Shown here piece after piece: positions 57,734 to 64,000 of a DNA stretch of 64,000 nucleotides. The notes beneath the pieces were generated by a model, which searched no databases, was not told the origin of the DNA, and worked only from the letters and a program-made list of their open reading frames with translations. The stretch spans positions 26,792 to 90,791 of the forward strand of contig JAZAHA010000056.1 of NCBI GenBank assembly GCA_036231565.1, given 5' to 3'. Each line of letters begins with the position of its first letter. Positions within the stretch are counted from its first letter, which is position 1. Position numbers and translations under genes: made by a program. Source of the DNA: Pseudomonadota bacterium (GTDB taxonomy: Bacteria > Pseudomonadota > Alphaproteobacteria > Caulobacterales > Maricaulaceae).

Positions 57734-58345
57734 ATGTCAGGGATATCCGAAGAGCGCACCCCGTTCGACTGGGAGACGCGTTTCCGCGATGGCGACACGC
57801 CGTGGGAGCGCCGCCAGCTGCATCCGGCCGCGTCGCACTGGCTCGCCGAGGGCGTGCTGGCGCCAGGGCTGAGCGTGATCGTGCCGGGCTGCGGCCGGGC
57901 GCCGGAAGTCGTCGCCTTTGCCCGGGCCGGTCTGCATGTCACCGCCGGCGATGTCGCGCCGACCGCCCTCGCCTGGCAGCGCGACCGGCTGGACGCCGCC
58001 GGGCTGGACGCCAGCCTGGTCGAGGCCGACCTGACACAATGGCGCCCCGAAACACCGGCCGATCTGGTCTATGAGCAGACCTTCCTGTGCGCCATCCCGC
58101 CCCGCCTGCGCGAGGACTATGAGCGTGCGATCCATGCCTGGCTGAAGCCCGGCGGCCGCCTGCTTGCCCTCTTCATGCAGAAGGCCGAGCGCGGCGGGCC
58201 GCCCTATGGCTGTTCGCTCGAAGCAATGCATGCGCTGTTCCCGGCCGAACGCTGGGCGTGGCCGGACGATAACGCCTTCACCGCCTGGCCTCACCCGTCC
58301 CTGAGCGGCAAGCCGGAACTGGCCGGGGTGCTGGTACGGCGGTAA
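57734..58345 (+). CDS. TPMT-family SAM-dependent methyltransferase
   Basis: From MSGISEER; W..RF..GDTPW, VPGCGR, YEQTFLCAI, GGPPY. Confidence 0.85.
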   Translation: MSGISEERTPFDWETRFRDGDTPWERRQLHPAASHWLAEGVLAPGLSVIVPGCGRAPEVVAFARAGLHVTAGDVAPTALAWQRDRLDAAGLDASLVEADLTQWRPETPADLVYEQTFLCAIPPRLREDYERAIHAWLKPGGRLLALFMQKAERGGPPYGCSLEAMHALFPAERWAWPDDNAFTAWPHPSLSGKPELAGVLVRR

Positions 58346-58363
58346 GCCGGACGGGGCCCGCCG

Positions 58364-58738
58364 TCAGGCGATGGCCAGAACCCGCACGCCGTGTGTGCGG
58401 CCCTCGCGATCCTGCCAGCGGAAGACCGGCCCGACCGGCAGACCGATCAGCGCGGCGCCGACCGGCGAGAGGACCGAGACCAGGCCCCGGTCGATATCCG
58501 CCTCGCGCGGCAGGACCAGGCGCACCTCACGCTGGCGGCCGGTCTTCTCGTCCTCATAGGTCAGCGTCGAACCGAGGCGCACGAAGCGCCGGCGCGAACC
58601 GGCGCCGACGACATTGGCGCGGTCGAGCTCATGGCTGAGGAGCGCGGGGCCGGTCCCGGCGATTTCATGATGGGGAACGATGTCTGACAGACAGTCATAA
58701 TCGGCAGCGGTGATGTAGATAGCGGGTTGATGTGACAT
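58364..58738 (-). CDS. rnk: Rnk / GreA-GreB C-terminal-domain family protein
   Basis: ELDRANVV, LGSTLTY, LVLPREAD, SVLSPVGAALIGL. Confidence 0.8.
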   Translation of the reverse strand: MSHQPAIYITAADYDCLSDIVPHHEIAGTGPALLSHELDRANVVGAGSRRRFVRLGSTLTYEDEKTGRQREVRLVLPREADIDRGLVSVLSPVGAALIGLPVGPVFRWQDREGRTHGVRVLAIA

Positions 58739-58864
58739 GTCATTTCTCGAAAGGCGGCCGCATCCGCTGCGGCGCTTCGCCGGCGGTCTGCGGTGAAATT
58801 CAACTGGAAAACGGAACGGTATCGATCCCCCGGCACCCGGCCGGCGGCAGCGGCGGGCCCGGGG

Positions 58865-58939
58865 CTACGGGCTTGCGAGCAGCAGGCCCCAATCGTGGCG
58901 GCTCAGGCCGCGCAGCCGGATATGGATACGGTTCGTCAT
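58865..58939 (-). CDS. Putative leaderless 24-aa leader peptide upstream of rnk
   Basis: MTNRIHIRLRGLSRHDWGLLLASP*; the ATG falls at the expected +1 of TTGACA(58975-58970)-N17-GATCAT(58952-58947). Confidence 0.5.
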   Translation of the reverse strand: MTNRIHIRLRGLSRHDWGLLLASP

Positions 58940-58971
58940 GACAGTGATGATCTGCCCGGGCGGCGAAGCTG

Positions 58972-60414
58972 TCAATCGGATCCGGCCGGGCCGGCATCCT
59001 CTGCCACAGCAGCCGTCTCCGCCGGCTTGCGCTTGCGGGCCTTGCCGTGCTTGGCGGTCATCGGGGCGCGGGTCATCACGAACAGCGCGGTGGCGAGACC
59101 GGACAGGACATTCGCCGCGGCAATGCCGCCGATCACGCCGACCGGAGCGTTGACGAGGAAACTGCCCGCCAGCACGAAGGGCACCATCAGGCCCAGCGCG
59201 CGGCCGGCCGTGATCATCATGCCATAGCTGGGACGGCCCAGCCCGTTGAACCCGGCACTGCCGGCGATCGTGATGCCATAGCCGGCAATGGTCAGCGCCG
59301 CGATCCGCCAATAGGCCACGGCCGCCGCCTGCCCGGCTTCGGACGGCAGAAAGATCGCCGCGAGGACATCGGCAGAAATCCACAGCACCGCGGCCACGCC
59401 CAGCCCCCAGGCCAGGGCGAAGAGGAAGGAGGTGCGGAAGGCCTCGCGCACCCGGTCGATCCGTTCGGCGCCGCCATTCTGGCCGGTCACCGCGCCGATA
59501 CAGGCCGACAGCGCGAACAGCGGCACGATGGCGAAGGCCTCCACACGCCCGGCCACGCCCAGACCGCCGACCGCGGCATCGCCGAAGCGCGCCATCGCCA
59601 GGCCCGACATGGCGACGGTCATCGCGACGGGGTTGAAGATGTTGGAGATGCAGGCAGGGATGCCGACGCGGGCGATGTCGGACCAGTGATGCCAGACCTC
59701 GCCGAGATCCTCCCAGTTGAAGTCGAGCAGTTTCTCGCGGAAGACCAGATACCACAGCACCATCAGGAAGGTGCAGGCATTCGCCGCGACGGTTGCCAGA
59801 GCTGCACCGGAGACGCCCCAGCCCAGGCCGGGGAAAAGACCGAAGACATCGTCGAGGATGAAGATCGGGTCGAGCACGAGATTGATCGCCGCGGCGGCCA
59901 TCATCATGACCGAGGGGATCACCGCATTGCCCAGCGCCCGCAGGATATTGCCGGCCACCATCGGGCCGACGATCAGCACGATACCGCCGAACCACACGCG
60001 CATATAGTCGACCACGTGCGGCAGCATGGTGTCACTGGCGCCCAGCGCCCGGAAGATGTCCTCGACGGTCAGGACGCCGATGAAGGACACGATGCCGACC
60101 AGCAGCAGGGCCAGGGTCATGGCGTCGGTGGAAATGCGCGGAATGGAGGAGCCGTCCTTGCGACCTGCCGCGCGAGAGACGGCCGAGACGGCACCGGCGC
60201 CCAAGCCGATCGAGATGCTCATCACCAGCATGGTGACCGGGAAACTCATCTGCACGGCGGCCTGCTGGGCGGTACCCAGCGTGCCGACCCAGTAGGTATC
60301 GACAATACCGACGAGCATCATGGCGAGAATGCCGAAACTCATCGGCATCATCATCCGCACGATATGCCCGAAGACCGGACCTTGCGTCATGTCATGTGCA
60401 GACCGTCCGGCCAT
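58972..60414 (-). CDS. MATE-family efflux transporter
   Basis: DMTQGPV, D..WVG.LG, NILRALG, NLVLDPIFI, GVAGRVE; about 12 hydrophobic segments. Start placed at 60414. Confidence 0.9.
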   Translation of the reverse strand: MAGRSAHDMTQGPVFGHIVRMMMPMSFGILAMMLVGIVDTYWVGTLGTAQQAAVQMSFPVTMLVMSISIGLGAGAVSAVSRAAGRKDGSSIPRISTDAMTLALLLVGIVSFIGVLTVEDIFRALGASDTMLPHVVDYMRVWFGGIVLIVGPMVAGNILRALGNAVIPSVMMMAAAAINLVLDPIFILDDVFGLFPGLGWGVSGAALATVAANACTFLMVLWYLVFREKLLDFNWEDLGEVWHHWSDIARVGIPACISNIFNPVAMTVAMSGLAMARFGDAAVGGLGVAGRVEAFAIVPLFALSACIGAVTGQNGGAERIDRVREAFRTSFLFALAWGLGVAAVLWISADVLAAIFLPSEAGQAAAVAYWRIAALTIAGYGITIAGSAGFNGLGRPSYGMMITAGRALGLMVPFVLAGSFLVNAPVGVIGGIAAANVLSGLATALFVMTRAPMTAKHGKARKRKPAETAAVAEDAGPAGSD

Positions 60415-60697
60415 GGCGTACCCCTCCTGTTCGCCGCCGAGCATAGATAGGAATCCCCGCCCCTGTCTGCAGCACGCAACGGTCAAATTGGTGTGAAAAC
60501 ATCGCGATGCGCGTCCGGCCCCGACGCCGCCGGTCGCGCGCACACCCCGTCAAGAGGGATTGGAAACACCGCCAATCCCGCCCTCCGGCCACCCGGACAC
60601 CGCGCAATCCCCCTTGCCCGGGCGGCACGCCACGCCCAGAACGGGACGGCCGGCCCGCGCCGGAATCTCCCCCGCCCCGCTGACAGGGATACGCCCG

Positions 60698-61666
60698 ATG
60701 CTCCAGGATACCGGTTTCATCGTCGCAGGCTTCGTCCTGCTCTTCTTCGGCGGGGAAGGCCTGGTCCGCGGCAGTGTGGCCGTCGCCGAGAAGCTGGGCC
60801 TGTCCAAACTCCTGATCGGCCTGACCGTGGTCGCCTTCGGCACCTCGACACCGGAACTGCTCGTCTCGGTGAATGCGGCCCTGGGCGGCGCACCGGACAT
60901 CGCGCTGGGCAATGTCGTCGGCTCGAATATCGCCAATGTCCTCTTGATCCTGGGCGTCGCGGCCGTGATCACCCCGATTGTGGGCTGGCAGCGAACGGCG
61001 ATGCGCGATGCAGTGGTGATGAGTGTCGCGGCAGTCGCCCTGTTCGGACTGACCTTCGGCCGTGTCATCGGGCTGATCGAGGGCGCGGCGCTCTTCACCG
61101 CGCTGCTGGCCTATCTGGCTGTCTCCTACTGGCTGGAACGGCGCGGCCGCCCGTCCCGCCAGCACGAGCACGAGACCGAAGAGTTCGAAGGCGTTGCCAC
61201 ACAGTCCGCCTGGGTCGCGGCAGCTTTTGTGATCGGCGGGATTCTCGGCCTGATGCTGGGCGCCGATCTGCTGGTGCGCGGCGCCGTCTCCATCGCACGG
61301 ACCTTCGGCGTGTCGGATGCGGTGATCGGGCTGACCCTGGTGGCGATCGGCACCTCCCTGCCAGAACTGGCCACCTCGATCGTGGCGGCCTGGAAACGTC
61401 ATTCCGATGTGGTGCTGGGTAATGTGATCGGCTCGAACATCTTCAACATTCTTGCCATCCTGGGCATCACGGCCCTGGTGACGCCGATCCCGGTCGGGCC
61501 GCAATTCCGCGTCCTCGACGTGCCCCTGATGCTGGGCGTGTCGGTACTGGTCGTGCTGCTGCTGGTGGCAACCAAACGGATCGGCCGCGGCGTCGGCCTG
61601 GCCATGCTGGCCGCCTATGCCGCCTATCTCGCCTGGCAATTCACCACCGGCGGCATTGCGGGCTGA
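60698..61666 (+). CDS. Calcium/sodium antiporter (YrbG family)
   Basis: From MLQDTG; duplicated alpha-repeats AFGTSTPE...GNVVGSN and AIGTSLPE...GNVIGSN. Confidence 0.92.
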   Translation: MLQDTGFIVAGFVLLFFGGEGLVRGSVAVAEKLGLSKLLIGLTVVAFGTSTPELLVSVNAALGGAPDIALGNVVGSNIANVLLILGVAAVITPIVGWQRTAMRDAVVMSVAAVALFGLTFGRVIGLIEGAALFTALLAYLAVSYWLERRGRPSRQHEHETEEFEGVATQSAWVAAAFVIGGILGLMLGADLLVRGAVSIARTFGVSDAVIGLTLVAIGTSLPELATSIVAAWKRHSDVVLGNVIGSNIFNILAILGITALVTPIPVGPQFRVLDVPLMLGVSVLVVLLLVATKRIGRGVGLAMLAAYAAYLAWQFTTGGIAG

Positions 61667-61686
61667 GCTCAGCGCCGGCGCGATCC

Positions 61687-63975
61687 CTATCCGGCCGCAA
61701 CAGCCGGCTGGTTGAGGTCGTAGGCCGCGATGCCGGCGAGGTTCACGATATCGCTGACCGAGGCCCCCAGACGCGCGATCTGGACCGGCTTTTCCAGACC
61801 GACCAGCATCGGACCGATCACCGTTGCCCCGCCGGCCGCCTTGAGCAGGCGCACGGCGATCGAGGCGGAGTGTACGGCCGGCATGATCAGCACATTGGCC
61901 GGCTGGGTCAGGCGCGAGAAGGGATAGAGCTGGTGATGGTCGGGATCGAGCGCGACATCGGCCGCCATCTCGCCTTCGTATTCAAAGTCGACACCCTGTT
62001 CATCGAGCAGGCTGACGGCGTGCTGGATCTTGGTCGAGCGCTCGCCCGGCGGATTGCCGAAGGAGGAGTAGGACAGGAAGGCGACATGCGGCGTCAGGCC
62101 CAGGCGCTTGGCGGCATTGGCCGTGGCGATCGCGATCTCGGCCAGGGCCCGGGCTTCGGGGAATTCCGTCACCGAGACATCACCGATAATCAGCGTGCGG
62201 CCACGGGTCACCGCTGCTGTCACGCCGACCGTGCGGCTGCCGGCAACCGGATCGAGCACGAGTTCGACATCATTCATCACCACATTCGAGTGGCGGGTGA
62301 CGCCGGTGACCATGCCGTCGGCATGACCCATTTTCAGCATGCAGGCGGAGAAGACATTCCGGTCATTGTTGACCCGGCGCTGTACGTCGCGGCGCAGATA
62401 GCCCTGACGCTGCAGACGCTCATAGAGATAGTCGGCATACTCCGAATTATGCTCGGACAGGCGGGCATTGCACACTTCCAGCGAGCCCGCCGGAATGCCC
62501 AGCTCCTTCATGTTCTCGGCCACGACATTCTCGCGCGCCACCAGGATCGCCTTGCCCAGACCCTGGGTCTGGAAAGCGTGGGCGGCGCGGATCACCGCCG
62601 GCTCCTCGCCTTCAGCAAAGACGATGGTCTTCTGCTCGGCCCGGATCGAGGCGGAGATGCGCTGCTGCAGCGCGGCGGTCGGATCGAGACGGCGCGCCAG
62701 CACCTGCTTGTAGCTGTCGGCATGCTCGATCGGACGGCGGGCGACACCCGTGTCGATCGCGGCCTGGGCCACGAAGGGCGGCACCCAGGCGATGAGGCGC
62801 GGATCGAAGGGTGTCGGGATGATGTAGTCGCGCCCGAATTGCAGACGATCGACCTTGTAGGCCTTGGCCACCTCGTCAGGCACATCCTCGCGCGCCAGCG
62901 CGGCGAGCGCCTTGGCGGCGGCGATCTTCATCTCTTCATTGATCGTACGGGCGCGCACATCGAGCGCACCGCGGAAGATATAGGGGAAGCCCAGGACGTT
63001 ATTGACCTGGTTGGGATAGTCCGAGCGGCCCGTCGCCATGATGACGTCGCTGCGCACCTCGGCCACTTCCTCCGGCGTGATCTCCGGCGTCGGATTGGCC
63101 ATGGCGAAAATGATGGGGTCCGGGGCCAGGGAGGCGACGATGTCCTTGGTGAACACGCCGGCCGCGGACAGGCCCAGCAGGACATCGGCGCCCTCGGCGG
63201 CTTCGGCCAGCGTGCGCTTGTCGGTCTCCACGGCATGCTTCATCAGCCGCTCGTGACCGCCGGGGCGGCCCTTGTAGACCACGCCATCAATGTCCACGAC
63301 GGTGGTGTTCTTCGACTGCACGCCCAGCGACTCGATGAGTTCGAGCACGGAGAGGCCGGCGGCACCGGCGCCGCACAGGACAACCTTGAGGTCTTCCATC
63401 TTCTTGCCGGTCAGGTCACAGGCATTGATCAGACCCGCCGCCGCGATAATCGCCGTGCCGTGCTGGTCGTCATGGAAGACCGGGATATCCAGTTCCTCGC
63501 GCAGGCGCCGCTCGATCTCGAAGCATTCCGGCGCCTTGATGTCTTCCAGATTGATGCCGCCGAACGTATTGCCGAAGCCGCGCACGCATTCGATGAACTG
63601 GTCGGGATCGGTGTAGTCGACCTCGATGTCGACCGCGTCGAGATCGGCAAAGCGCTTGAACAGCACCGCCTTGCCTTCCATCACCGGTTTCGAGGCGGCA
63701 GCGCCCAGATTGCCCAGGCCGAGGATTGCCGTGCCGTTCGACACGACGGCGACCATATTGCCCTTGGAGGTGTAGTCGTAGACCGTTTCCGGATCCGCCG
63801 CGATCGCCCGGACCGGCGCCGCCACGCCCGGCGAATAGGCCAGCGCCAGATCGCGCTGGGTCGCCATCGGCTTGGTCGGCGCGACCCCCAGCTTGCCCGG
63901 CACAGGCTTCATGTGGAAGGCCAGGGCATCGGCATCGAGCTGCTGGTCGGGACGGACGGTGGATTCGGAAGCCAT
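61687..63975 (-). CDS. maeB: NADP-dependent malic enzyme fused to a PTA-like domain
   Basis: [53 protein letters not shown]-terminal IVFAEGE / EGEMAAD. Confidence 0.95.
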   Translation of the reverse strand: MASESTVRPDQQLDADALAFHMKPVPGKLGVAPTKPMATQRDLALAYSPGVAAPVRAIAADPETVYDYTSKGNMVAVVSNGTAILGLGNLGAAASKPVMEGKAVLFKRFADLDAVDIEVDYTDPDQFIECVRGFGNTFGGINLEDIKAPECFEIERRLREELDIPVFHDDQHGTAIIAAAGLINACDLTGKKMEDLKVVLCGAGAAGLSVLELIESLGVQSKNTTVVDIDGVVYKGRPGGHERLMKHAVETDKRTLAEAAEGADVLLGLSAAGVFTKDIVASLAPDPIIFAMANPTPEITPEEVAEVRSDVIMATGRSDYPNQVNNVLGFPYIFRGALDVRARTINEEMKIAAAKALAALAREDVPDEVAKAYKVDRLQFGRDYIIPTPFDPRLIAWVPPFVAQAAIDTGVARRPIEHADSYKQVLARRLDPTAALQQRISASIRAEQKTIVFAEGEEPAVIRAAHAFQTQGLGKAILVARENVVAENMKELGIPAGSLEVCNARLSEHNSEYADYLYERLQRQGYLRRDVQRRVNNDRNVFSACMLKMGHADGMVTGVTRHSNVVMNDVELVLDPVAGSRTVGVTAAVTRGRTLIIGDVSVTEFPEARALAEIAIATANAAKRLGLTPHVAFLSYSSFGNPPGERSTKIQHAVSLLDEQGVDFEYEGEMAADVALDPDHHQLYPFSRLTQPANVLIMPAVHSASIAVRLLKAAGGATVIGPMLVGLEKPVQIARLGASVSDIVNLAGIAAYDLNQPAVAAG

Positions 63976-64000
63976 GGTGCGAAGACTCGTCGGTGGAAGA

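Noticed and set aside
60415-60697. Possible yybP-ykoY (Mn) riboswitch before the Ca/Na antiporter
   Set aside because: The characteristic GGGGAGUAGC-type signature was not seen on the + strand.

Overview
High-GC alphaproteobacterial chromosome segment. The gene order and regulatory motifs suggest a Caulobacterales/Maricaulis-like organism, which is an inference. Most of it is housekeeping core: rseP(partial)-dxr-cdsA-uppS-frr-pyrH-tsf-rpsB, dnaE, lolD/lolE, proS, mce-rnj-coaX-birA, a complete nuoA-N operon, tig-clpP-clpX-lon, maeB, and three tRNAs (Asp-GTC, Val-TAC, Leu-TAG). The most interesting signals lie between the called ORFs. (1) A 1.7-kb integrase-less, lower-GC islet sits between tRNA-Asp and a 46-bp duplicate of its 3' part. 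It carries one gene, a short AIPR-like (ParB/Srx-type) protein with its own promoter, and has repeated GTTGAAAC motifs at its ends; it is a candidate stand-alone defence cassette. (2) An uncalled 31-aa membrane peptide upstream of dnaE has two perfect alphaproteobacterial LexA boxes and resembles SidA. (3) A leaderless Phe/Tyr-rich leader peptide with terminator and antiterminator precedes a gammaproteobacterial-type bifunctional pheA. (4) A leaderless 24-aa uORF and hairpin precede rnk. (5) Also seen: an uncalled 41-aa membrane peptide, a Fur-like 7-1-7 palindrome upstream of nuoA, and a tandem 60-bp palindromic intergenic repeat. Functional calls come from motif recognition by eye; no database searches were run.
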